From assembly GCA_963829525.1 (NCBI GenBank), contig CAWHIJ010000003.1, positions 1,728,001 through 1,792,000 on the forward strand: a stretch of 64,000 nt of DNA. The letters are read 5' to 3'. The translations under genes and the position numbers were made by a program. Positions 37,928 to 48,132 of the stretch are shown here, piece by piece. Below the pieces are notes generated by a model. That model searched no databases and was not told the DNA's origin. It was given only the letters and a program-made list of their open reading frames with translations. Positions within the stretch are counted from its first letter, which is position 1; each line of letters starts with the position of its first letter. The stretch comes from an uncultured Actinomycetota bacterium. Its GTDB lineage: Bacteria; Actinomycetota; Actinomycetes; JAHEKZ01.

Positions 37928-39384
37928 GTGTTCGAAGCCGGGATTTCCAGACCCGAACACAGACTGGTTCACGGAGATCGCGCCACTGACGAGCACCCCG
38001 GCATTCCATCGTCGATCTGTTGCGGAGGTCTCCTGCGGTGCTTCCCGTCCCGGTGCTGCCACCAGCTGTTTCGGATGTCCTGGCTGACACCCGCGTGCTG
38101 GCTGAGCGCGCGGCGGGTGCATCGCAGGGTGGGCCGGCTACGGCGGAGGAACGGGCCGGGTGGCTGGCCGGGCTGCGGCTTATCGTCGACGCGGCCGAGG
38201 CGGCGTTCACCACCGTGCTGGCCGACTTCGACGCCCACGGCGACGGCGAAGTGCTGCACGCCGCCGCCTCCACCCCGTCATGGCTGCGCGGAGCGCTGGG
38301 GATGGCCGCTGGTGAGGCGTCCGAACGGGTCCAGATCGCCCGCACCGCCGGGGACCTGCTCGCAGCACCGGTTGCGGCCTTGACGACAGAACCATTCGGC
38401 GTCGACTTAGGCGAAGACGCTGCTGGCCCGGCCGACGGTGACGCAGAGTCGACCGGTCACTTGTCGTATGAGCATCTACGGGCGATTGCCCGCACCGCTC
38501 GCGCCCTGCCACCATCCGCCCGCCCGGACGGCATCGACGTGCTGACCGGGCTGGGCAAACAGCTCGGCGTCGACGACCTGCGCAGCGCCGGGCGTCACCT
38601 GCGCCACGTCGTCGACCCCGACGGCTCAGCCCGGCACGCCGAGGCAGACTTCGGACGCCGCTGGCTCACCCTCGCCCCGCTGCTCGACGGCATGGCCTCC
38701 ATCGACGGCATCCTCGACGCCGAAACCGCCGCCGGACTGTCCACAGCGCTGGCCCCGTTCCTGGTCCCCACCGGCCCCGACGACCTGCGCACCACCGACC
38801 AACGCCGCGCCGACGGACTCGCCGAAGTCGTCGCCACCGCCGTCCGGTCCGAGCAGCTGCCGACGCTGTCCGGAGCCACCACCGCCATACAGGTCGAAGT
38901 CGACCTCGCCACCCTCACCGGCACCCAACCCCACCCCGCACGCATCGCAAACACCACCGGCTCTGCTGTGTGGCTCACCCCCGAAGCCGCCAGCCGCCTC
39001 GCCTGCGACGCCACCGTGCACCGGCTGCTCATCGACCCCGGCGGCATCCCGCTGGACCTCGGCCGCCAGGTGCGTGTCTTCACCCCAGCTCAGCGACGAG
39101 CCCTCGCCACCCGCGACAGCGGATGCCGCTTCCCCGGCTGCAGCCGCCCCGCACTACACACCGACGCCCACCACCTCATCCCCTGGGCCCAAGGCGGCCA
39201 AACAAACCTGACCAACGCACTGCTGCTCTGCCGCCACCACCACCGAGCCGTCCACGAAGGCGGCTGGCACATCACGCCAGAACACGTGAACAAGGGCGCC
39301 AACGGCACGCTGACCTTCCAAGGCCCCAACGGACAACGCCTAACCTCAGCCCCACCCGGGGCACGCCAAGCACCCGACCCGTAA
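37928..39384 (+). CDS. DUF222-HNH endonuclease (REP13E12-like); likely start GTG 37928 is out of frame with the body ORF 38020-39384
   Basis: QRRADGL, RLACDA, LDLGR, RDSGCRFPGC, DAHHLIPW..GG.T.L.N..LLCRHHH..VH motifs; C/A-rich coding strand. Confidence 0.85.
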
Positions 39385-39482
39385 CACACTCCAGCCGTGA
39401 AGAACGCCGACTCGTGACGTTGGTGAACAACACCCGCTACGTGCGTCCCCACCTCGAACTCGCGGCTACTCGTACCAGCGAC

Positions 39483-42221
39483 TCACTCCTCCGCGGTGAC
39501 CGCAACGACGCCCCGGCGCAGCGCTCCGATCGCGGTCCGCGCTGATGCAGTCACGGCGTCGTCGCCCGGGACCGCGCTCGTCGCCGCAGCGTTGGCGACC
39601 TGTCCCAGAAGGTCGATCAGTTGCTTGCACCAGCGCACGAAGTCGCCAGCTGCCAACTCGCTCTCGGTGAGGACTGCTTCCAGCCGATGCCCGCTGGCCC
39701 ACCGGTAGGCCGCCCATGCGAAGCCGGCATCGGGATCACGAAGCGCCGAGAGCCGGTGGTCTCGCTCCAGGGCAGAGAGGTCCCAGGCGAGTCGGAGCGT
39801 CTCCTCGATAGCAGTGCGGCCGGCGCCACCAGGGGTCTTCGGTGGTGTGCCGAGATCGCGGCGCGCTTCGTACACCAGCACTGACACTGCCGCGGCCAGT
39901 TCAGCCGGCGTGAGTCCACGCCACAGTCCTTGACGCAGCGCTTCGGCGGCCACAAGGTCCATCTCGGTATAGAGACGAGTCAGACGTTCTCCGTCGGCGG
40001 TAACCGTGTCGCCGTCGAGGTAGCCGATTTCGTCGAGCAGCGCCACGACGCGGTCAAATGTTCGCGCGATGCTGCCTGTTCGGTCGTTGACCCGGCGCTG
40101 CAAGGCCTGGGTCTCTCGGTGCAGCCGGTGCCAACGCTCTGCCCACCGCGCGTGGTCCTCACGCTCGTTGCAGCTGTGGCAAGGGTGCGCACGTAGCTGG
40201 GAACGTAGGGCCACCAGGGTTTCATCCTCCGCTGCTGCACCCTGGCGTTGACGTTGGCGCGGCGGCGCCTGGATCTCTCGCAGACGCAACGCGAGGGCCT
40301 TCCTGGCCTGCGTGTCTCGTGACCGAAATCCCTTGGGAAGCCGAAGCCTCTCGATGGCCTCCGGCGGGTCGACGAAGTCGCTTGGCGCGAACTTCCGCAC
40401 CTGGCGGTCCTCGGTGAGCACGACTGGACGGGCCCCCTCAAATCCGCTTTGACGTCCCCGCTCGATCACGACTCCGATCCGGCCCGAGCGACGTCCTCCA
40501 CCGGGTAACCTCACGACGTCGCCGAGCTCGAGCTGTTCAAGGGCTCGGGACACCAGGGCGCGCCGGCTCGATGTGTCGTCTCGGGCCAACTGCTTCTCCC
40601 GATCTGAGAGCCCGCGCCGGATCGAGGCGTACTCGGTGAAATCGCCGAGGTGGCAGCTCATCGCCTCGGCATAACCGGCGAGTGCCTCCTCGTTCTTGCG
40701 CAGCTGTCGGGCCAGCCCGACGACGGCTCGGTCGGCTTGGAACTGGGCGAATGAGGTCTCCAGCACTTCTCGAGCCGTATGTCGACCCATCTGGCGCACC
40801 AAGTTGACGGCCATGTTGTAGGTCGGGCTGAACGATGAGCGGAGTGGGTACGTCCGGGTCGACGCCAAGCCTGCAAGAGCCTGCGGGTCAAAACCTGGCT
40901 GCCACAGCACGACGGCGTCACCCTCAACATCGATCCCACGGCGTCCGGCTCGACCGGTGAGCTGGGTGTACTCCGACGGCGTGATCTCAGCGTGCGTCTC
41001 GCCGTTCCACTTGGTCATCTTCTCGATGACCACAGTCCGGGCCGGCATGTTGACGCCCAACGCCAGGGTCTCGGTGGCGAAGACGCACATCACGAGACCG
41101 GCGGCGAACAGATCCTCCACGATCTCTTTGAACACGGGCAGCAACCCAGCGTGGTGGGCAGCAAAGCCACGCTCCAAGCCGTCGAGGAAGTCGCCGAACT
41201 CCAAGACACGCAGGTCCTCGTCAGTCAGGTGTGCTGTGCGCTGCTCGACGAGTGTGCGTATCTCATCGGCGCGCTGGGGCTCTGTCAGTCGGACGCCAGA
41301 CTGCAATAGCTGACGCACTGCGCCATCACAGCCGGCACGAGAGAATACGAAGTAGATCGCGGGCAGCATCTCGCGGTGGCGGAGGGCCTCAACGACGTCG
41401 CGACGGCTGGGAACACCCGGAGGGCGGCCGCGTCGTTCGCCCCTCTTCGGTCGATGTCCCCGCATCCTGCGCTGGCTCTCCTCGTCGCGGGCCATACGTT
41501 GTAGCTCAGGGTTGACGCGACGGTGCTCGTCATCGGCAAACAGGTCGTGGATCTGCCGCCCCGACATCACTTGCTGCCACAGCGGTACCGGACGATGTTC
41601 GGAGACGATCACCTCGGTCTTTCCGCGCACGGTGGCAATCCACGCTCCGAACTCTTCGGCGTTGCTTACCGTGGCCGATAGTGCAACCAGGGTCACCGAG
41701 TCGGGGAGATGAATGATCACCTCCTCCCACACAGCACCGCGGAAGCGGTCGGCAAGGTAGTGCACCTCGTCCATGACGACGAACGCCAACTCTTTGAGGG
41801 TGCCCGACCCGGCGTACAACATGTTGCGCAGGACCTCGGTGGTCATGACGACGATCGACGCATCACCGTTGATCGTGTTGTCGCCGGTTAGCAGTCCGAC
41901 CGACTCTTCCCCGTGCCGCTCAACCAGGTCGCGGTACTTCTGGTTCGAGAGCGCCTTGATCGGCGTCGTGTAGAAGCACTTGCGCCCACGCTGAAGTGCC
42001 AGGTCCACGGCAAACTCGCCGACAACGGTCTTGCCGGACCCAGTAGGGGCGGCAACCAACACCGACTCCCCGCGGGCGAGAGCGTCGCAGGCCTGCACCT
42101 GGAACGGATCAAGCCCGAAGGGGTAACCCTCACGGAACCGCTCGACGAGCAGCCCCGGGGCGGAATCTCCTTCGCTCTGCCGTTTACGCCAGTCGGCGTA
42201 CCGCTCAGCGGGGCTGGTCAT
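39483..42221 (-). CDS. helY: Ski2-like DEAD/DEAH-box RNA helicase HelY
   Basis: APTGSGKT, PIKALSNQK, MDEVHY, SAT and QLTGRAGRRG motifs; DSHCT C-terminus. Confidence 0.95.
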   Translation of the reverse strand: MTSPAERYADWRKRQSEGDSAPGLLVERFREGYPFGLDPFQVQACDALARGESVLVAAPTGSGKTVVGEFAVDLALQRGRKCFYTTPIKALSNQKYRDLVERHGEESVGLLTGDNTINGDASIVVMTTEVLRNMLYAGSGTLKELAFVVMDEVHYLADRFRGAVWEEVIIHLPDSVTLVALSATVSNAEEFGAWIATVRGKTEVIVSEHRPVPLWQQVMSGRQIHDLFADDEHRRVNPELQRMARDEESQRRMRGHRPKRGERRGRPPGVPSRRDVVEALRHREMLPAIYFVFSRAGCDGAVRQLLQSGVRLTEPQRADEIRTLVEQRTAHLTDEDLRVLEFGDFLDGLERGFAAHHAGLLPVFKEIVEDLFAAGLVMCVFATETLALGVNMPARTVVIEKMTKWNGETHAEITPSEYTQLTGRAGRRGIDVEGDAVVLWQPGFDPQALAGLASTRTYPLRSSFSPTYNMAVNLVRQMGRHTAREVLETSFAQFQADRAVVGLARQLRKNEEALAGYAEAMSCHLGDFTEYASIRRGLSDREKQLARDDTSSRRALVSRALEQLELGDVVRLPGGGRRSGRIGVVIERGRQSGFEGARPVVLTEDRQVRKFAPSDFVDPPEAIERLRLPKGFRSRDTQARKALALRLREIQAPPRQRQRQGAAAEDETLVALRSQLRAHPCHSCNEREDHARWAERWHRLHRETQALQRRVNDRTGSIARTFDRVVALLDEIGYLDGDTVTADGERLTRLYTEMDLVAAEALRQGLWRGLTPAELAAAVSVLVYEARRDLGTPPKTPGGAGRTAIEETLRLAWDLSALERDHRLSALRDPDAGFAWAAYRWASGHRLEAVLTESELAAGDFVRWCKQLIDLLGQVANAAATSAVPGDDAVTASARTAIGALRRGVVAVTAEE

Positions 42222-42239
42222 AGCCGAAGGCTACGGGAG

Positions 42240-43145
42240 TCAGGGAGCGAGCACCTGCAGGGCATGGGGCACCACCTGTGCCGAGAACAACCCGGAGGTG
42301 ACCGCTTCACCATCGGCGAAGACCGGTGCGTGAAGTGGGCCATCTGATCCGGTGACGGAGACTCGCTCTCCGACGTACGTCGTGGCTTTGGGGTGGGTGA
42401 CATGGGTGCCTCGGTAGACCCGTGGGAAGAGCCAGAGCAGCTCCGGAACAGACATCTCATCGACCACGGTGATGTTGAACCGACCATCGTCAAGGGACGC
42501 AGCCGGACAGATCCGCATGCCGCCGCCGTATGAGGGCCCATTCCCGACCGCTACCAGCATGGCCCGGTGCCGGTGAGTGACCCCGTCGATGGAGAGCGTC
42601 AGGTCAATCGCCTTGAAGGCACCGAGCTCAGCGAGCATTGCAGCGGGGTATCGAGCCCGGCCCCCCGGACCGCGCATGCGGTTGGCTCTGGCGTTGACGG
42701 CGGCGTCAAATCCGGTGGACAGAACGCAGCCGAAGTAGCGACCGTTAGCGAGCTGACCGAGGTCGATCCTTCGAGCGCCGGTGTTCTCCGCTGTCGTGAT
42801 CGCCGAAACTGCGGGCCCGACAGCCAGCCCACCCATATCGAGAGCGCGGGCAAAGTCGTTTCCTGATCCAGCGGGGATAACTCCGAAGGGCACCCTCTCG
42901 CGGGCTGCCACATTCAGGCCCAGGCTCGCAGCCCCGTCTCCCCCCACGACCACCAAACCACGTGCACCCGAGGTGACGGCCTCGCCGGCGCGACGCTCAG
43001 ACTCCGCCGCGTCCTCGCCGATGACGACCCGGACAGGGTCGCCCTGGTCGCGAAGCAGCTGAACGGCTTGACGTCCCCAGCGCGCGCCGCGCCCTCCTCC
43101 CGCGGTCGGATTGACCAATACAACCCACGGGAGTCGGGGCACCAC
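42240..43145 (-). CDS. Diacylglycerol/lipid kinase family protein
   Basis: NPTAGGG, GGDG, PAGSGNDFAR, NGPSYGGG and ADGE motifs. Confidence 0.93.
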   Translation of the reverse strand: MVPRLPWVVLVNPTAGGGRGARWGRQAVQLLRDQGDPVRVVIGEDAAESERRAGEAVTSGARGLVVVGGDGAASLGLNVAARERVPFGVIPAGSGNDFARALDMGGLAVGPAVSAITTAENTGARRIDLGQLANGRYFGCVLSTGFDAAVNARANRMRGPGGRARYPAAMLAELGAFKAIDLTLSIDGVTHRHRAMLVAVGNGPSYGGGMRICPAASLDDGRFNITVVDEMSVPELLWLFPRVYRGTHVTHPKATTYVGERVSVTGSDGPLHAPVFADGEAVTSGLFSAQVVPHALQVLAP

Positions 43146-44081
43146 TCAGGAGATGGGGTCGTCGTCGATACGACCTGGGTGTTCGACTTCGTCCGGGTCG
43201 TCTAGTGGCCGAGGCGCATCGATCGGGGACGCGGCGCCGAGGCCGGCCGGGCCAGAGATCGGGCTGGCCTCATCGTCGTCGAGTTCACCGTAGTCTGGCT
43301 CACTGGACCGACGAGCTCGACGCTTCTCATTGAGCAGACAGATGCTGAATGCGATCAGGATCAAGATCAGCATTGGGCCCGCGAGGAGCATCATGCTCAG
43401 CGGGTCACCCGTCGGAGTTGCGACTGCGCCGAAGATAAAGACCGAGAGAACAGTCCAACGCCAAGATCGCCTGATGGCGTTGGCACTCAAGATGCCGACC
43501 AGATTCAAGCCGACGATGAAGACCGGCACCAGGAATCCGATCCCGAAGACGATCATCGTACGGACGAGGAACGACAAGTAAGCATCCACTGCCAGAAAGT
43601 TGCTGACTCCCGCCGGTGTAAAGCCGATGAGCAAGGCAAGGCCCTTGGGCAGAATCCATAGGGCGACGGCCACCCCTGCAAGAAAGAGCGGCACAGCGGA
43701 GAACATGAAGGCGTAGGCGTAGCGCCGCTCGTGCTTGTGCAGTCCAGGTGTGACAAAGGCCCATAGTTGGTAGATCCACACGGGCGAAGCCAGGACGATC
43801 CCGGTGATCGCAGCGATCTTCAGCTGCAGGGTGAACGGTGACGTCACGCTGGCCAGCGTGATCCGAATGTCGAACCCATCAGCGCGCAGGTCCTCTGCCA
43901 CCGTTTCGATGGGTGCGATGATGAAGTTGAAGATGGGCTCGTAGAAGATCCACCCGATGACACCGCCCAAGATGATGGCGAGCAGTGCCTTAACAATCCG
44001 CGACCGCAGCTCGCGGAGGTGTTCCATGAGCGGCATCGCGCCCCCGGCCGTCGCGGGGGGCGGCGTAGCGGTGCTCACCAC
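43146..44081 (-). CDS. tatC: Twin-arginine translocase subunit TatC
   Basis: MPLMEHLRELRSR, YQLWAFVTPGL and ATPTGDP motifs. Confidence 0.96.
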   Translation of the reverse strand: MVSTATPPPATAGGAMPLMEHLRELRSRIVKALLAIILGGVIGWIFYEPIFNFIIAPIETVAEDLRADGFDIRITLASVTSPFTLQLKIAAITGIVLASPVWIYQLWAFVTPGLHKHERRYAYAFMFSAVPLFLAGVAVALWILPKGLALLIGFTPAGVSNFLAVDAYLSFLVRTMIVFGIGFLVPVFIVGLNLVGILSANAIRRSWRWTVLSVFIFGAVATPTGDPLSMMLLAGPMLILILIAFSICLLNEKRRARRSSEPDYGELDDDEASPISGPAGLGAASPIDAPRPLDDPDEVEHPGRIDDDPIS

Positions 44082-44113
44082 CTGCGTTCTCCGGCGCCGT
44101 CTAGTGCGAGATG

Positions 44114-44383
44114 TCAGCGGTCGGTGGAGCCGCTGTCCGGTGTGGTCGGCTGATTGACGGGCGGAACAACATTCGGCGCCGGGCTGATGACCTCGTCGGG
44201 TGTTGCTTGAATCTGCTGTGGTGGGCTGTTGCCGTCATCGTCTTGCGCGGCCTTCACCTCGGACTTGAAGATTCGGAGCGAACGTCCCAGCCCGCGGGCC
44301 GCATCAGGCAGGCGCTTGGCACCGAAGAGCAGCAGGATGACTGCCAGGATCAAGATGATCTCGATGGGCTTGAGATTCGCCAT
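44114..44383 (-). CDS. tatA: Twin-arginine translocase subunit TatA
   Basis: LLFGAKRLPDAARGLGRSLRIFKSE. Confidence 0.96.
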   Translation of the reverse strand: MANLKPIEIILILAVILLLFGAKRLPDAARGLGRSLRIFKSEVKAAQDDDGNSPPQQIQATPDEVISPAPNVVPPVNQPTTPDSGSTDR

Positions 44384-44506
44384 AAGACTTCCCTCTACTG
44401 TCCGGATAGGGCAACGCTTGCAGATCTCCCCCGATGGTACGCGGTGATCCCCGCCGGGGCGTCCCTGGCCTAGGAAGTGTCGACCGTCGGGATGCGCCCC
44501 GTCCGG

Positions 44507-44833
44507 CTAGCGAATGGTCGTAAATGAGGCAGGCACTAGGTCGTGGCTCTCCAGCCACAGGGCGAAGTCAAGAATCTCGTCGTAGCTGATTGCCGGGCCG
44601 GTGTGCTCCTCCAGCGCTTCAGCAGGGATGTGCCAGGGGGTCACGGTGACTCCCCCGGACTTCAAGAGCGAGATGATCTCGGCGTCTGCTGGCTTGCGCA
44701 CCTCATCAGTGCACGTGGTGCACTGGAAGGCGTAGTAGGACCACTCCTGACGGTTGCAGACCACCAAGCGCATCTGCTCGGGTGTCAGCTCGACATCCCC
44801 ACACACCGGGCACGAGGCCTTGATGGTCGTCAT
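44507..44833 (-). CDS. Small zinc-ribbon protein of unknown function
   Basis: CPVCG...YAFQCTTC; GGAGGT ribosome-binding site before ATG 44833. Confidence 0.8.
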   Translation of the reverse strand: MTTIKASCPVCGDVELTPEQMRLVVCNRQEWSYYAFQCTTCTDEVRKPADAEIISLLKSGGVTVTPWHIPAEALEEHTGPAISYDEILDFALWLESHDLVPASFTTIR

Positions 44834-44921
44834 GTCTCGTACCTCCCCTCTTGTGAGAGGGGCTTCGGCATCTAACGCAGGGACCTTGACCATCGGGTCG
44901 GGTTGGCGTCACCCGACCGGG

Positions 44922-45866
44922 CTAACCAACGGCGTAGGCGGCCAGCGCCGTCTCGGCATCCTCGCGGACTGCGTCGACGAGCTCAGGCGGTGAGACCGGT
45001 CGGACCGTGCCACCCAGCCTCAGCACCAACTGCCGCGCCCAGCCGAGATCTGCCACGGACAGCTCGATGACAAGCTCAGGATCCGTGCTGACCACCGCGC
45101 TGGGATATGCGTCGAGCACCCACTCGGCGCGTTTGGTGAGTGCCAGCCGGACGCGCCAGCTCGCGGTGTCTCCATCGAAGGCCCCAGTGCGAGCGGGTGG
45201 GGCGGGGTGTGGAGCAGCCGGGATCTTGAGGACTTGAGCGGATTGGATCCTGTCAAGGCGGAAGATGCGGAGATCTCCTGCCAGCAGACACCAGGCCTCA
45301 AGGTAGCTCTGACCATCGACCACGAGCAGGCGCAGCGGATCGACGTCGCGCCTGGTGACCTCGTCGCGGGCCGGGACGTAGTACTCAAGGCTCAGCCGTC
45401 GGCCCTCCCGCAGGGCAGTGGCGACGGCCTCCTGGGACTCGCCGGCCCCCTCGATCGACACGGTGACGTGCCGGTGAGCATCTGCGGCGTCACCTGCGGC
45501 GCGTTCGAGCTTGGCGACCACCCGGTCGACGACGTCTGGGCCAGTAGGAGCTGGAAGATCGGCCAAGGCGCGCAGACCAGCCAGCAAGGCAACAGCTTCG
45601 TCTGGGGCCAGGCGCAGGGGCCGCGCGATGGTGTCAGCGTTGGTGATGACGATCCGGTCGTTCTCCAGCGAGACGTCGATCAGGTCATCGGGCATGTGGC
45701 CGGGCAACCCGCAGAAGAACGCTAGCCCCAAGTCGGCCCGTAGCTGTTGCTCAGAGATTGCAAACTCCGCCGCCGCATCGGCCACCGAGACACCAGGCCG
45801 TTGCAGCAGCCATGGAATCAATGCGAGCAGGCGTGTCAGCTGACCAACTGCTCCCCCGGTCGTCAT
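44922..45866 (-). CDS. pafC: HTH-WYL transcriptional regulator PafC
   Basis: RLLALIPWL, CGLPG..PDDLID, YLEAWC and FRLDRI motifs. Confidence 0.93.
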   Translation of the reverse strand: MTTGGAVGQLTRLLALIPWLLQRPGVSVADAAAEFAISEQQLRADLGLAFFCGLPGHMPDDLIDVSLENDRIVITNADTIARPLRLAPDEAVALLAGLRALADLPAPTGPDVVDRVVAKLERAAGDAADAHRHVTVSIEGAGESQEAVATALREGRRLSLEYYVPARDEVTRRDVDPLRLLVVDGQSYLEAWCLLAGDLRIFRLDRIQSAQVLKIPAAPHPAPPARTGAFDGDTASWRVRLALTKRAEWVLDAYPSAVVSTDPELVIELSVADLGWARQLVLRLGGTVRPVSPPELVDAVREDAETALAAYAVG

Positions 45867-46846
45867 AGTGCCTCGCCAGTTCCAGCAGAAGAGGCCGCGC
45901 TCAGTGTGTCCTGCAAGCGCCGGATGACCGCGCCCTTGAGGTCGTCAGGGCCCATCACCTTGACGGCAGCCCCGAACCCACTGATGAGCGAGGCCATCTG
46001 TTCGACATCTTCGAAGGGCACATCGTGCAGTGAGCCGTCGTGATCTTCACTCACAGCGATTCCTTGGCGTCGAAGCGGGATCGCTCGCCCACTGCGAATG
46101 TAGAGCCGAGCCGTTCTGGCCGGTGCCGGTTGCGCGAGCATCCGAACCGAGGAGTTGATGTCGGCGTCCTCGGGTACGACGACTGAACCGGCAGGGCCGT
46201 GCGCGGAGACGTCACCTTGTATGCGCGACAGCCGGAAGACTCGGGTTGCGCCGCGGTCTTCGTCGTTCCCGACGACGTACCACCGCCCGTGCCACGAGAC
46301 CAGGCCCCAGGGTTCTAGCCGCCTCTGATCGGCTGCTGCTCCGCCACGTGAGTAGTCGAAACGGACCCGACGGCGTTGCTGGACCGCATCCCAGAGCGCG
46401 GCGAACGCCGGCTCCGCGGCATCGACGCGGGGCTCGATCACCGCCAGCGCCTCGGGGTCGACATCAACACCGACCGACTCGAGCTTGCGGATGGCTCGTC
46501 CCGTGGCGCCAGCCAGCGTGGCGTGCTGCCACATCCGGGCGGCGACCCCTAGTACGGCTAGCTCTTCGGAGTCGAACGACACCGCTGGGAGCGCATAGGA
46601 GTCCTTGGGAATCCGGTAGCCAACCTCGTCGTCGAAGAAGATCTCGTTCGACCCGGTCTCGAGCGGGATGCCCATCTCACGAAGGTCTTCCTTGTCGCGC
46701 TCGAACATCCGTTCAAACGCCTCGTCGTTGGCGCAGTCGGCGTACTGGGGGACTGCCTGGCGGATCTGGTCCTTGGTCACGAACCGCGTGGCTGCCAGAA
46801 GGCAGATCACCAGGTTGAGCAGGCGCTCGGTGCGCGATACCGCCAT
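45863..46846 (-). CDS. pafB: HTH-WYL transcriptional regulator PafB
   Basis: RTERLLNLVICLL, FERMFERDKEDLR, GRWYVVG and FRLSRI motifs. Confidence 0.94.
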   Translation of the reverse strand: MAVSRTERLLNLVICLLAATRFVTKDQIRQAVPQYADCANDEAFERMFERDKEDLREMGIPLETGSNEIFFDDEVGYRIPKDSYALPAVSFDSEELAVLGVAARMWQHATLAGATGRAIRKLESVGVDVDPEALAVIEPRVDAAEPAFAALWDAVQQRRRVRFDYSRGGAAADQRRLEPWGLVSWHGRWYVVGNDEDRGATRVFRLSRIQGDVSAHGPAGSVVVPEDADINSSVRMLAQPAPARTARLYIRSGRAIPLRRQGIAVSEDHDGSLHDVPFEDVEQMASLISGFGAAVKVMGPDDLKGAVIRRLQDTLSAASSAGTGEAL

Positions 46847-46990
46847 GAGTCCTCTCCGATGGATGCGTGGTCGACTGGATGCGTGGTCGCAGGTGCTTCT
46901 ACAGGACGTCTGGCCTCCGGGACAGATGGCTTCTCGTCCGTGTCGGCCGCTGTACCGGGACGACGCTACCTGCTGCGTACAGTGATCGTC

Positions 46991-48109
46991 GTGATCCGGT
47001 GGCGCAGTGGACGAGTCATTGAGGTGGGTCGGCGGTGGTCGTCCGCCCTCGAGGTGCGGGTTGAGGTTCATCGGCCGGGCGGCGCGCCTCACACTGCTGA
47101 GCAGGACGATGGCTCAAGCGTCACAACCATTCCAGCTTTGGCCTATACCGATGTGGTCGGCTCGCCCCAGGTCGGTGACCTCGTGCTGCTGAACGTGACC
47201 GCACTGGACCTCGAGCTCGGAACGGGCGGCTACGCCCTGGTCGCTGGCATCCCCGATCGGCTCCCAGGTGACCCAGATGGCCCCGGTCACCTGGTCAAGG
47301 CGCGCTACACCCCCCTGCAGATGACCGTTCTGGGCGTTGACGAACAGGAGTCACCGCATCACGAGCTCCTACGGGACGCGGACGATCTCGCCGGCATGCC
47401 CGTCGTGGTTGCCGATCTGCACTCAGCTCTGCCGGCGATCATCGCCGGCCTCCGCCAACGGCGGCCCGATGCTTCAGTCGCCTACGTCTCCACCGACGGC
47501 GGCGCGCTCCCACTGGCCTTCTCCCGCTCGGTGCAGGGGCTGCGTGATGCCGGATGGCTCACCGGAACGATCACCGTCGGCCAGACCTTCGGTGGCGACC
47601 TCGAGGCAGTGACGGTTCACAACGGCCTGCTCGCAGCGCACCTGGTGCTTGAAGCCGACGTGACAATCGTCGCCCAGGGACCCGGCAACCTGGGGACTGG
47701 AACCCGGTGGGGATTTTCTGGGGTGGCAGCCGGTGAAGCCATTAACGCAGCGGCGACGTTGGGTGGACGGCCGGTCGCTGCGCTTCGGGTCTCGGAGGCG
47801 GACAAGCGGTTGCGTCACTATGGCGTCTCGCACCACTCGTTGACCGCCTACGGACGGGTCGCGGTTCATCCGGCAGAAATCCCTGTTCCACTCTTGCCGG
47901 GCGCTCTTGGCAAGCAGGTGGCGTCACAGGCGGCATCCATGAGCCCCCCGCACCACCTCGTCGCGATCGAGGTGGATCACCTCGAAGAGGCCCTCCGAAC
48001 CAGCCCGGTCGAGCTGTCGACGATGGGCCGAAGCCTGGAATCCGACGGAGCCGCATTCCTCGCGTCAGCTGTCGCCGGACGGCACGCCGCCGCGCTACTG
48101 GGCTCCTGA
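46991..48109 (+). CDS. DUF3866 family protein
   Basis: LGTGGY, GHLVKARYTPLQ, DLHSAL, QGPGNLGTGT and RHYGVSHHS motifs; TACAGT 7 nt before GTG 46991. Confidence 0.88.
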   Translation: MIRWRSGRVIEVGRRWSSALEVRVEVHRPGGAPHTAEQDDGSSVTTIPALAYTDVVGSPQVGDLVLLNVTALDLELGTGGYALVAGIPDRLPGDPDGPGHLVKARYTPLQMTVLGVDEQESPHHELLRDADDLAGMPVVVADLHSALPAIIAGLRQRRPDASVAYVSTDGGALPLAFSRSVQGLRDAGWLTGTITVGQTFGGDLEAVTVHNGLLAAHLVLEADVTIVAQGPGNLGTGTRWGFSGVAAGEAINAAATLGGRPVAALRVSEADKRLRHYGVSHHSLTAYGRVAVHPAEIPVPLLPGALGKQVASQAASMSPPHHLVAIEVDHLEEALRTSPVELSTMGRSLESDGAAFLASAVAGRHAAALLGS

Positions 48110-48132
48110 GGGGGCACGTCCGGGTGGTCGGT

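Noticed and set aside
37920-37936. LexA SOS box at the HNH gene start
   Set aside because: Only the GTTCGA half-site matches TCGAAC-N4-GTTCGA.
37928-39384. Insertion sequence or transposon call for the DUF222-HNH gene
   Set aside because: No terminal inverted repeats, target-site duplication or DDE motif were seen, so mobility cannot be supported from this window.
44922-46846. WYL proteins as part of a phage-defence island
   Set aside because: Sequence and synteny identify them as housekeeping PafBC.
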